A stretch of 38,451 bases of DNA from Burkholderiales bacterium (GTDB taxonomy: Bacteria; Pseudomonadota; Gammaproteobacteria; Burkholderiales; Burkholderiaceae_C), in NCBI GenBank assembly GCA_038241485.1, contig JBBRFR010000001.1:1-38451 (forward strand). The letters run 5' to 3'. The notes under the pieces were generated by a model. That model saw only the letters and a program-made list of their open reading frames with translations. It searched no databases and had not been told where the DNA came from. The translations under genes were made by a program, and so were the position numbers. Every line of letters starts with the position of its first letter. Position 1 is the first letter of the stretch. Positions 19,580 to 28,369 of this stretch are shown piece by piece.

Positions 19580-20574
19580 TGGCGGGAGCGGCGCAATCTT
19601 TGGCCGGCGTCGCGGTGGTCGCGATCGGGCGCAACGAAGGCGAGCGGCTGCGCGCTTGCCTCACCTCCGTGGTGCGATCGGCGCAGACCGTGGTCTACGT
19701 TGACTCCGGCTCCACCGACGACTCGGTGGCGATGGCGCGGCAGATGGGCGTCGAGGTGGTGGTGCTCCCCAAAGACGTGGTGTTCACGGCGGCGCTGGCG
19801 CGCAATGCCGGCTGGCGGCGAGCGCTGGAGTTGGCGCCTGAGACCGAGTTCATGCAGTTCGTCGATGGCGACTGCGCGGTGGCCGAAGGCTGGCTGGCCA
19901 AGGCGCGTGATTTCCTCGCCGAACATGCCGACGTGGTGGCGGTGTGCGGCCGCCGCCGCGAGCGTTTTCCCGAGCGATCCATCTACAACCTGTTGTGCGA
20001 CATCGAATGGGCCGCGACCCCGGGTGAATCCAAAGCCTGCGGCGGCGACGTGCTGATGCGTGCCGTGGGCCTGCAAGCGGTGAACGGCTACAACCCGCGC
20101 TTGATTGCCGGCGAAGAGCCCGAGCTGTGCCTGCGTTTGCGCGGCAAGGGCTGGCGTGTGTGGCGGCTCGACGCCGAGATGACGCTGCATGACGCGGCCA
20201 TGACACGCATCAGCCAATGGTGGAAGCGCTCGATGCGCGCCGGCTACACCTTCGCCGAAGGCGTGCACATGCACGGCGCACCACCCGAGCGGCACCGTGT
20301 GGTCGAGTCGCGCCGCGCCTGGGTGTGGGGGCTGGTGATTCCGCTCATCGCCGTGCTCGGCGCTGTGCTGCTCGGTCCCTGGTTTTTGGCCTTGTTGCTG
20401 GTGTACCCCTTGCAGATGCTTCGCTTGTTCCGCGGCTTTCGCGGGCCGTTCAAAGCGCGTGCAGCACGAGCCATGTTCATGGTGCTGGGCAAGTTCGCCG
20501 AAGCCTGTGGGCAGCTCAAGTTTGTGGCCCTGCGTTTGTCGGGCGGCACGGCGCGGTTGATCGAATACAAATGA
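19579..20574 (+). CDS. Glycosyltransferase family 2 with C-terminal membrane segments
   Basis: IGRNEG.RL..CL, YVDSGSTD, ARNAG, FVDGD, GEEPELC, QWWKR; hydrophobic C-terminus. Confidence 0.92.
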   Translation: MAGAAQSLAGVAVVAIGRNEGERLRACLTSVVRSAQTVVYVDSGSTDDSVAMARQMGVEVVVLPKDVVFTAALARNAGWRRALELAPETEFMQFVDGDCAVAEGWLAKARDFLAEHADVVAVCGRRRERFPERSIYNLLCDIEWAATPGESKACGGDVLMRAVGLQAVNGYNPRLIAGEEPELCLRLRGKGWRVWRLDAEMTLHDAAMTRISQWWKRSMRAGYTFAEGVHMHGAPPERHRVVESRRAWVWGLVIPLIAVLGAVLLGPWFLALLLVYPLQMLRLFRGFRGPFKARAARAMFMVLGKFAEACGQLKFVALRLSGGTARLIEYK

Positions 20575-20694
20575 GCCGCAGTGCGGCATTCATTCGGGGG
20601 GGAACCCCCTCGTTTCAGCCCGTGCCGCGAGGCGGCTTTCATACACCCCGGGATACACTCGCTGCGCTTCAAACAGACTCGCAAGGAGGGATCA

Positions 20695-21114
20695 ATGTCC
20701 CATGAAGATCTGAGCCGAGAAGACGAGGTCGAAGGCTCTTCCGACCGTTCATTCGGGTTTGTATTCGCTGCGGTGTTTCTCATCATCGCGGCATGGCCCC
20801 TGCTTAATTCCGGTACGCCTCGCTGGTGGTCGGTGGGTGTTGCAGCAGCGTTCGCGCTGGTGGCCATCGTCAAGCCCGCGCTGCTCGCCGGGGCCAACAA
20901 GCTCTGGATGAAGTTCGGCCTGTTGCTGGCCAAGGTGGTGAGCCCGATTGCGCTGGGCATTCTTTTTTACCTCGTGTTCATGCCCATTGGCTTGCTGATG
21001 CGTGTGTCAGGCAAAGACCCGCTGCGTTTGAAGTTTGACCCCGCAGCCACGTCGTACTGGATCCCGCGCGAGCCACCCGGCCCGCCGCCGACGTCCATGA
21101 CCAACCAGTTTTAG
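20695..21114 (+). CDS. SxtJ-family membrane protein
   Basis: RSFG.VF, WMKFGLLL, ILFYLVF.PIG.LMR..GKDPL, SYWI.R, M.NQF; strong RBS AAGGAGG before ATG 20695. Confidence 0.85.
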   Translation: MSHEDLSREDEVEGSSDRSFGFVFAAVFLIIAAWPLLNSGTPRWWSVGVAAAFALVAIVKPALLAGANKLWMKFGLLLAKVVSPIALGILFYLVFMPIGLLMRVSGKDPLRLKFDPAATSYWIPREPPGPPPTSMTNQF

Positions 21115-21123
21115 GAATCAACC

Positions 21124-21273
21124 ATGTCGATGATCAAAGAGCTCTGGACGTTCTTGCGGGTCCGCAAAAAGATCTGGATGTGGCCCATCTTCGGGATGAT
21201 GGCCGTGCTGGGCCTGCTGATCGTTCTGGCCAAGGGCTCTGCCGTGGCGCCGTTCATCTACACGCTCTTCTGA
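21124..21273 (+). CDS. SxtK-like/DUF5989 small membrane protein (49 aa; absent from the ORF track)
   Basis: Translated by hand: MSMIKELWTFLRVRKKIWMWPIFGMMAVLGLLIVLAKGSAVAPFIYTLF*. The RKK.W..P...GS.VAPFIYTLF signature is present; RBS AGGA upstream. Confidence 0.88.
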   Translation: MSMIKELWTFLRVRKKIWMWPIFGMMAVLGLLIVLAKGSAVAPFIYTLF

Positions 21274-21285
21274 GCACGCCGACCG

Positions 21286-23115
21286 ATGCGGATTCTTGGC
21301 CTATCGGCTTACTACCACGACAGCGCCGCGGCGTTGATCGAAGACGGCGTCATCGTTGCGGCAGCTCAAGAAGAGCGGTTCACGCGCAAGAAGCACGATT
21401 CGGGGTTCCCAACCCATGCCATCGACTACTGCCTGAGCCAGGCCGGGGTCGGGATGGGTGGTATCGACCGGGTCGTGTTCTATGACAAGCCCTTCTTGAA
21501 GTTCGAGCGGCTGCTGGAAACCTACCTGGCCTTCGCGCCACGGGGCTTCCAGTCGTTTCGCATGTCCATCCCGCTGTGGCTGAGAGAAAAGCTGTTCCTC
21601 AAAGACCTGCTGTTCAAGGCGCTGAAAAAAGTGGACACCCAGGGTGGCTGGAACGGCGAGTTGCTGTTCAGCGAGCATCACCTGAGCCACGCGGCCAGCG
21701 TGTTCTTCCCGTCGCCGTTCGAAGAGGCCGTGGTCTTGACGATGGACGGTGTGGGCGAATGGGCCACCACGTCGGTAGCCATCGGGCGGGGCCACAAGCT
21801 CGAAGTGCAGAAGGAAATCCACTTCCCGCATTCGCTGGGCTTGCTGTATTCGGCCATGACCTACTACACCGGCTTCAAGGTGAATTCGGGGGAGTACAAG
21901 GTCATGGGTCTCGCGCCCTATGGCGAGCCGAAGTACGTCGATCTTTTCTACAAACACCTGATCGATGTGAAGCCCGACGGCTCGTTCCGCATGGACATGA
22001 GCTACTTCAATTACGCCACCGGCCTCACGATGACGAACGACAAGTTCGCCAAGCTGTTTGGCGGGCCGGCGCGCAAGTCGAGCGAGCCGCTGACGCAGCA
22101 CCACATGGACCTGGCGGCTTCGCTGCAGGCCGTGACCGAAGAGATCGTGCTGCGCCTCACACGCGCACTGCGCCAGGAAACCGGTATCAAAAACCTGTGC
22201 CTCGCCGGTGGTGTGGCGCTCAATTGCGTGGCCAACGGCAAGATCCTGCGCGATGGCGCCTTCGACAAGATCTACGTGCAACCGGCGGCAGGGGACGCCG
22301 GTGGTGCGCTGGGCGCGGCGCTGGTCGGCTACCACATGCAGATGGACCAAAAGCGTGTGGTGAACGGCGACGCCATGCAAGGCTCCTACCTCGGCCCGCA
22401 GTTCTCGCAGGCCGAGATCGAGTCGCGGCTGAAGGCGGCCGGTGCGCGTTTCGAGACCCGTGACGATGCGGGCCTGGTCAACGGCGCAGCCGAAGACCTG
22501 TCGCAGGGCAAGGCCCTCGGCTGGTTCCAGGGCCGCATGGAGTTCGGCCCGCGCGCGCTCGGCAACCGCTCGATTCTGGGCGACCCCCGCTCGCCCTCGA
22601 TGCAAAAGACGCTCAACCTCAAGGTCAAGTACCGCGAGTCGTTCCGCCCCTTCGCACCTTCGGTGTTGCGCGAGAAGGTCAGCGAGTGGTTCGAGCTCGA
22701 CGGCGACAGCCCCTACATGCTGATGGTGGCCGACGTGGTGAAGGCACGCCGCCTGGAGATGACCGAAGAGCAGCAACAACTCTTCGGCATCGAAAAGCTC
22801 AACGTGCCGCGCTCCGACATCCCGGCCGTGACACACGTCGACTACTCGGCGCGCATCCAGACGGTCGAGAAAGGTGTCAATGCCCGCTACCACGCCTTGT
22901 TGACGGCCTTCGAAGGCAAGTCGGGGTGCCCGGTGCTGGTGAACACCAGTTTCAATGTGCGTGGTGAGCCCATCGTGGGCACACCAGAAGACGCCTTCCG
23001 TTGTTTCATGGGCACCGAACTCGATGTGTTGGCAGTGGGCAACTGCTACCTGCGCAAAGAGGATCAAGACCCTGCGCTGAAGCAGAACTACGAAACCGCC
23101 TTCGAGCTCGACTGA
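21286..23115 (+). CDS. O-carbamoyltransferase (NodU/CmcH/SxtI family)
   Basis: ILGLSAYYHDSAA, QEERF.R.KHD, EHHLSHAAS, DGVGE, GEYKVMGLA, GGVALNC, GRMEFGPRALG.RS, RESFRPFAP, NTSFN. Confidence 0.95.
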   Translation: MRILGLSAYYHDSAAALIEDGVIVAAAQEERFTRKKHDSGFPTHAIDYCLSQAGVGMGGIDRVVFYDKPFLKFERLLETYLAFAPRGFQSFRMSIPLWLREKLFLKDLLFKALKKVDTQGGWNGELLFSEHHLSHAASVFFPSPFEEAVVLTMDGVGEWATTSVAIGRGHKLEVQKEIHFPHSLGLLYSAMTYYTGFKVNSGEYKVMGLAPYGEPKYVDLFYKHLIDVKPDGSFRMDMSYFNYATGLTMTNDKFAKLFGGPARKSSEPLTQHHMDLAASLQAVTEEIVLRLTRALRQETGIKNLCLAGGVALNCVANGKILRDGAFDKIYVQPAAGDAGGALGAALVGYHMQMDQKRVVNGDAMQGSYLGPQFSQAEIESRLKAAGARFETRDDAGLVNGAAEDLSQGKALGWFQGRMEFGPRALGNRSILGDPRSPSMQKTLNLKVKYRESFRPFAPSVLREKVSEWFELDGDSPYMLMVADVVKARRLEMTEEQQQLFGIEKLNVPRSDIPAVTHVDYSARIQTVEKGVNARYHALLTAFEGKSGCPVLVNTSFNVRGEPIVGTPEDAFRCFMGTELDVLAVGNCYLRKEDQDPALKQNYETAFELD

Positions 23116-23158
23116 GCGTCGTCGAACTGGGGTCAAGCGGCCCTGAGGAAACAGGGCC

Positions 23159-24339
23159 ATGAACAGTCCCCTAAAGACCAAGCTGCTGTCCGCCGGGGTC
23201 GCCCTGGTGGCGATCGTCGTGGCGATCTTGCTGGCCGAAGTGGCGGCGCGGTTTCTCGTCGACCCGGCCGACTTCTTGAACGTCGACCCGGTTCATGACG
23301 AGTTCCTGGGCCACAAGATCGAGGCCGGGGCGACGGGGCACGACGCACTCGGTTTTCGCAACCGCGAGACACCCCAGACGGCTCACACCGTGGCCATCGG
23401 CGACTCGATGACCTATGGCTCGGGCGCACCGCGAGACGGCGCGTGGCCGCAGCAGCTGGCCACGCTGGGTGGCGACACCGTCTACAACATGGGGCTCGGC
23501 GGCTACGGGCCGCTGCAGTACCTGCACCTCACGGGCGGCCTGGCCAAGCAGTTCAAGCCGCGCCAATTGCTCGTGAGTTTTTACTTCGGCAACGACTTTG
23601 TCGACGCTTACATGGCACCGCAGACTTTGCCGCACTGGCAGTCCTGGCGCCAAAGCACGGCGGCTGCACCGGCCGCTGCGGCGCCGGCCCCTGCGGCATC
23701 GGCGGCGCCCGCGCCGCAGCGGCGTGGTGCCGCCTTGCGCAACTGGTTGTCGCACCACAGCGTGCTCTACGGCATGCTGCGCGCCACGGTGTTGGAGCCT
23801 TTGCCGCCATGGAGCAAAAAGGTCTGGCGGCGCAGACGACGGCCGACCAGCGCATGAGCTGGTCCGACCCGGCGGCGCCTTCGGTGATGACGGTGTTCAC
23901 GCCACAACAGCGCGGCTCAGCCCAAGACACCTTGCAGCCGAACGTGCGCGAAGGCATGCAGATCACCCAGCGCGCGTTCACGGCGATCAAGGACGAGGCC
24001 GACAAACAAGGCGTGCCCTTGCTGGTGGTGTTGATTCCCACGCGGGAAAAGGCGTACTGCCCGTACCTCAAGACCACGGGCGCCAAGCTCCCACCGGCTT
24101 TTCAAAAGCTGTGCGAGGTGGAGGAGGCCAACAAGGCCGAGCTGGTGCAGGCGTTCAACGCCCGGGGCATCGCGTTTGTCGACGCCTCGCCCGCGCTCGA
24201 AGCCGAGGTGGCTCGCCACATCCAGATCTACCCGCCGACCTCTGACGGCCACCCCACGTCCTTGGGGCACAAGGCGATTGCCGAGGCGGTGTTGGCCGCA
24301 CTGAAAAAGCGGCCAGCGGCGGCGTCAGCCGCGCAATAG
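23159..24339 (+). pseudogene. Membrane-anchored SGNH/GDSL-fold protein (AlgX/AlgJ-like) split by a single-base frameshift near 23800 (may be a sequencing error)
   Basis: N-terminal TM helix, GDSMTYG, NMGLGGYG and GND lie in ORF 23159..23857; LLVVLIP and the D.HP motif (SDGHPTSLGH) lie in the frame ending at 24339. Adding one base at GAG CC|TTT GCC joins them (VLEP-FAAMEQKG). Confidence 0.75.
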
Positions 24340-24342
24340 CCT

Positions 24343-25350
24343 CTAGGGCGGGGCGGCACGCTCCAGCAAGCCCATGCCGTCGTCCCAGGCCTGCGCCATC
24401 GGTGCGAAGGCCTCGGCGGCATCGAACGCACGTTTGGCGTTCACCACCCGGGCGAGCTTCAGTATCAGCGTCTTGCTGTCCTGTGCAATGACGTCGAAGC
24501 GTTCGGCGGCGCTCATCAGGCGTGTGTCACCGTGGGGCGCCAGCCAGCGCAAATGGTTTGAGGCCAGCTCGAAGGCTGCGCCCAGCTGGCGCAGCGTCGT
24601 GAACGCCCAGGCGTGGTAATGAGCGAGACCGCGCTCATGCAGCTGGGGCAGGTCGGCGTTGAAGCGCGCAGCAAAGCGTGAGACCGGGTTGCTGAGCGGG
24701 CGCTGCGCCAAGTGCTGGCCCAACAGAAGCGTCGACGCTTGTACCAGCTCGTCAAGCGGCCTTTGTACCACCCGGTCGAGGCGCACCAACTCGGCGAACA
24801 GCGGCAAGGCATTCGGGTGGGCCGGCCCGTCGAGACCGAACAAATGGCGGAAGTCTTCGCCTTCCAGCCTGAAATAGCCGGCGCTGTGGAAGTAGCCCAG
24901 GCGTTGCGCGTCGATGTCCAGGTCGTTGAGCACGATCGTTGTCTTGACGTGCTGGCGTTGGTAGTCGGTGCCGGCGGTGTCGGGCAGCCAGAACGCATCG
25001 GCCTCGGTGCTGATGAGCTTGCCCGCGGCCAGGTGTTCGGCAGCGTGTTCGATGAGGGCGCGCCAAACGTTCAGCTCCTGAACGTCGATGCCGTACAGGC
25101 GACGCAAGTCGGTGTGGGGCGGTTTGAAGAAGGTCCAGTGATCGCCTTCGAAATCGATTGCCAAGGTGAAGGGCATCACCGCCGCCGGCTCCAGCCTGAG
25201 AGCGTTCAAGACCTCGATCCAGACGTCGACGTAGCAGTTTTTCTCAACCCACAGCGCTGGCTCGCGATGCATGGCATGCGGGCGGTAGTCTTCGGCAGAC
25301 AGGTCGGCCAGGGCGTGGCAGCGGCCCATGCGTGTTGCGTGTGCGCTCAC
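24343..25350 (-). CDS. DUF1839 family protein (possible Cys/His acyltransferase)
   Basis: W.E.NCYVDVWIE, DFEGD.WTFFK, LYG..VQEL, D.FWLPDT.GT.Y...HVKT, YFH.AG, F.TLRQLGA.FEL. Standard position next to the aa:CP ligase. Confidence 0.8.
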   Translation of the reverse strand: MSAHATRMGRCHALADLSAEDYRPHAMHREPALWVEKNCYVDVWIEVLNALRLEPAAVMPFTLAIDFEGDHWTFFKPPHTDLRRLYGIDVQELNVWRALIEHAAEHLAAGKLISTEADAFWLPDTAGTDYQRQHVKTTIVLNDLDIDAQRLGYFHSAGYFRLEGEDFRHLFGLDGPAHPNALPLFAELVRLDRVVQRPLDELVQASTLLLGQHLAQRPLSNPVSRFAARFNADLPQLHERGLAHYHAWAFTTLRQLGAAFELASNHLRWLAPHGDTRLMSAAERFDVIAQDSKTLILKLARVVNAKRAFDAAEAFAPMAQAWDDGMGLLERAAPP

Positions 25351-26270
25351 AGCGACAACTGCTCCCGCACTGACTGGGGCCAGGCTTTGACGTTAAACCC
25401 ATGGTGCTTGAAGAGGGCCATGGTCACACGCTCCAAGCCGAAGCCCAGACAGGCTGTGCTGGCGACGTCGCCGTTGGCGGTGTGGATGCCGAACGTCGAA
25501 CCGAAGTGCTGCTGGTGAAAGTTGAACGAGCACACTGCGGTCGGTGCTTCTTCAGAAATGACGGGCACCAGCACCTCGAACTTCAGGCGCTGCTCGATCT
25601 GGTTGGCCGCAAGCACTCGCCCACCGCGCCCGAAGAACGGGTCGGCTGCCACATCTGAGCACGCCGGCAGGCCGAGCGAGTCGAGCAGGTTCAGGCCTCG
25701 TTCGAGCCACATGTCGCGCCATGCCACCACCTGTTCGGCCGTACCGGCGCGAACAAATTCCCGCACGCGAAACGACTGCATGCGGGTGGGTTCGCGCGAG
25801 GGTTCGTTGCGATACACCCAGCCGACGAGCGTGACCAGGCGGCCTTGCTCGGGCATCGTGCCGGCGAAGCCTGGGTACACCGGGTAGCAGGCCGCGGGGT
25901 TGAGGGTGACGCCGGTTTGGCCCAGCAGGTCGCCCCAGGGTTCGCCACTGTTGGCCCGTTCGGCCAGCGCAAGCGCCTGGATCGCGTTGCCGAAGAAGCT
26001 GTGCACGGCGCCACACAGGTGTGGAAATGAATCGAGGTAGTGCACCTTCTCCAGCAGCGCGCGGTCAATGATCGGCGGGTAGTTTTGAGCTTGCGCACCG
26101 TCGTTGCGAGCGATCTCGGTGACTCGTGCATTGAAGCCGTCGAGCACCTCTTCGAACAAGGCGCCTCGGCCAAACACACCCAAGGCGCCAGATGGAATGA
26201 TCAGCCCGTGCTCAACGAGGCCGGCGTAAAAATTCTCGATGTCGTAGACCATGTTCATGTTCGCGCTCAA
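25347..26270 (-). CDS. Amino acid:[carrier protein] ligase (atypical SerRS-like, class II aaRS catalytic core only)
   Basis: YLDSFPHL, PAACYPVYP, R.EPS.EP.RMQSFR.RE, DPFFGR.G, LKFE, SFNFH..HFG, TAC.GFGLER. About 300 aa, no tRNA-binding coiled coil. Start may be ATG 26258. Confidence 0.9.
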   Translation of the reverse strand: MSANMNMVYDIENFYAGLVEHGLIIPSGALGVFGRGALFEEVLDGFNARVTEIARNDGAQAQNYPPIIDRALLEKVHYLDSFPHLCGAVHSFFGNAIQALALAERANSGEPWGDLLGQTGVTLNPAACYPVYPGFAGTMPEQGRLVTLVGWVYRNEPSREPTRMQSFRVREFVRAGTAEQVVAWRDMWLERGLNLLDSLGLPACSDVAADPFFGRGGRVLAANQIEQRLKFEVLVPVISEEAPTAVCSFNFHQQHFGSTFGIHTANGDVASTACLGFGLERVTMALFKHHGFNVKAWPQSVREQLSL

Positions 26271-27469
26271 GTTGCGTCTTTGAACACCAGCAGCATCGAC
26301 GCGCTCTTGGAGGCGATGCGCTCGTTGGAGATCATCAACGACGCAGACAACACGTCGCGGTAATGGCGGCCCAGGCTGAAGGGTGAGTCGTTTTTGTAGC
26401 CGAGCACACCCAAGATCTGCAGCGCGCGGTGCACGATCTGCGGCGCGGCCTCTGAGCAGCTGACCTTCAGGTTGTTCAGGCGCAGCGCCCAGCCCATGCC
26501 GAGCAGCTCTTGTTCGCCGCCCGGCTTTTGCACCGCTTCGTCAAACGCCTGCGCCACCGATTGCCACTGTTGGCGCATGGCCTGCAGCTGCGCCGACACC
26601 TCGGCCAGCCGCGTGGCGGTGGGCGGCACGGTGCCGGGCTTCTTGCGTGCTTCGCCGCGCACGTGGTTGGCGGCGCGGCTGACGGCGTCGGCCGCGATGC
26701 CCCACCACAGTGACGACCACAGGATGTGCGAGTACGGCACCATGGTCTGCGCCGAGCTGTCGGCGTACGAGCCGGGCACGATCTGCTCCACCGGGCCTGC
26801 GGATTCGAGCCGGAAGCCCGGGCTGCAGGTGCCGCGCATGCCCAGGGTGTCCCAGGTGGTGGTTTGTTTGAGCGATGCGTTCTCGCGCTTCACCAGCACC
26901 AGCACTTGGTCGCTGTTGGGCGCATCGGCGTCACGTCGGCAGGTGACCAGGATGGCATCGGCGTGGGCACAGTAGGAGCCGGTGGTCGCGTCTTTGTTGA
27001 GCACGAAGCGCCCGTCGTGTTGTTCGACCGCACAGATGCTGTAACGAGTGTCGCCAAATGTGCCCACCTCGGAGGTGATGGACGCCAGCAGGTACTGGCG
27101 CTGCACCAGCTCGCGCAAGTAGTCGTTGAAGAACTTGCTCTCCATCCCATGGCGGGCGAGGCAGGCGACCTGGATGTAGTGCATGGCCAGCACCATGCCG
27201 CTGGAGCCGCAGCCCTGCGAGAGCGTGGCACACAGCTGGGTCAGCTGCTGCATGTTGCAGCCCGCACCCCCCAGGTGTGAGGGCACGGATGCCGACAACA
27301 CACCCGCGCTGCGCAGGGCGTCGATGGTCTCGGCGGGGAAGCGCGCTTGCTTGTCGACATCAGCCGCGTGCTGGGCCGCGATGCCACTGGCGATGGCGCG
27401 GGTGGCGGCCAGCAGTGCCGTGAATTGAGTGGGGGAGTCGGTGTTGGATGGGTTCACGAAGACGAGCAT
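26267..27469 (-). CDS. Acyl-CoA/acyl-ACP dehydrogenase family protein
   Basis: VD..ARFP.E.IDALR, LGG.G, MVLAMH, WDTLGMRGTCS, LG..GY, RHYRD. Confidence 0.9.
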   Translation of the reverse strand: MLVFVNPSNTDSPTQFTALLAATRAIASGIAAQHAADVDKQARFPAETIDALRSAGVLSASVPSHLGGAGCNMQQLTQLCATLSQGCGSSGMVLAMHYIQVACLARHGMESKFFNDYLRELVQRQYLLASITSEVGTFGDTRYSICAVEQHDGRFVLNKDATTGSYCAHADAILVTCRRDADAPNSDQVLVLVKRENASLKQTTTWDTLGMRGTCSPGFRLESAGPVEQIVPGSYADSSAQTMVPYSHILWSSLWWGIAADAVSRAANHVRGEARKKPGTVPPTATRLAEVSAQLQAMRQQWQSVAQAFDEAVQKPGGEQELLGMGWALRLNNLKVSCSEAAPQIVHRALQILGVLGYKNDSPFSLGRHYRDVLSASLMISNERIASKSASMLLVFKDAT

Positions 27470-27540
27470 AGCGCCAGGTGCCTGTGGCCCGCATCCCGTG
27501 AATGGACAACACGGCCACAGGGTGAAGGCCAGTTCGAGAA

Positions 27541-27570
27541 ATAGTGCGCAGTCGCCTTGACGCCCGTCAA
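27541..27570. promoter_or_regulatory. Divergent promoter region with a perfect TTGAC-N4-GTCAA palindrome (FNR/CRP-family-like box) and a possible minus-strand sigma70 promoter
   Basis: TTGACGCCCGTCAA at 27557-27570. The minus strand reads TTGACG-N18-CACTAT towards the dehydrogenase gene. Confidence 0.45.
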
Positions 27571-27650
27571 ATTCCCCTCAAGGGAGGGGATTTCACTCCT
27601 GGCTAGGATCGACGATGCTTGTCCTTGGCAAGTTGTACGTGTCGAAGCCC

Positions 27651-28103
27651 ATGTCACCCACCTTTCAAGATCTGACCCTCCCTCTGCCGCAGGCCGCGCG
27701 GATGCGCATGGGCATGGATGTGGTCGACATTCGACGCATCAGCGAATCCATCGACAAGTTCGGCGCGCGTTTTGTTCAGCGGCTGTTTAGTCAGGGTGAG
27801 ATTTCCTACGCACACAGTGGCGAAGGCCAGACTGCGCAGCGCCTGGCCGCACGTTTTGCCGCCAAAGAAGCCGCGATCAAGGCCTTCAGCCTGAGCGAGG
27901 CCGGTGTCAACTGGCGCGACATCGAAGTGCAGAAGTTGCCCGACGGTGCTTGCCGCCTGGCCTTGCACGGCAAGGCGGCCCGACAGGCCAAACAATTGGG
28001 GGTGAGCGAGATCGCGCTCAGCCTCAGCCACGACGGCGACTATGCCGCTGCGGTCGTCACGGCGTTGATTGCGCCAGTGCCGGCTCAGCGTTCTCTCTTT
28101 TGA
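27651..28103 (+). CDS. acpS: Holo-ACP synthase (AcpS-type phosphopantetheinyl transferase)
   Basis: GMDVVDI.RI, LAARFAAKEA..KA, SLSHDGDYAAA. Start uncertain (27615, 27651 or 27702). Confidence 0.9.
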   Translation: MSPTFQDLTLPLPQAARMRMGMDVVDIRRISESIDKFGARFVQRLFSQGEISYAHSGEGQTAQRLAARFAAKEAAIKAFSLSEAGVNWRDIEVQKLPDGACRLALHGKAARQAKQLGVSEIALSLSHDGDYAAAVVTALIAPVPAQRSLF

Positions 28104-28111
28104 GGTTTTAC

Positions 28112-28369
28112 ATGGACACGGCTCATCAACTCGAAACCCAGATTCGCACCGTGCTGCGAGACCATGCCCGCTTGAGCAAGCCCATTGACCTGATCGATTC
28201 TGCGGCCGACCTCTACCAGGCCGGCATGACCTCGCACGCCAGCGTCAACGTGATGCTGGCGCTGGAAGGCGCCTTCGACATCGAGTTTGCCGACCACATG
28301 CTCAAGCGCAGTGTGTTTAACAGCGTGGCCTCGATCCGCGACGCGGTGGCTGAACTCACGCACGCTTGA
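28112..28369 (+). CDS. Carrier protein, partner type of aa:CP ligases
   Basis: 85 aa; DLYQAGMTSHASVNVMLALEGAFDIEF.D.ML.RS.F.S; RBS GAGG before ATG 28112. Confidence 0.9.
   Translation: MDTAHQLETQIRTVLRDHARLSKPIDLIDSAADLYQAGMTSHASVNVMLALEGAFDIEFADHMLKRSVFNSVASIRDAVAELTHA

Noticed and set aside
20695-23115. Saxitoxin biosynthesis
   Set aside because: Only sxtI/J/K-like genes are present; no sxtA, sxtG, sxtB or other core genes.
23658-23720. GC-rich quasi-repeat encoding AAAPAAAAPAPAASAAPAP
   Set aside because: An ordinary Ala/Pro linker within the SGNH coding sequence.
24336-24346. Terminator between the convergent SGNH and DUF1839 genes
   Set aside because: The stop codons are only 3 bp apart and no hairpin with a U-tract is visible.
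25347-26270. Housekeeping seryl-tRNA synthetase (serS)
   Set aside because: Too short, lacks the tRNA-binding arm, and is clustered with a carrier protein and a dehydrogenase.
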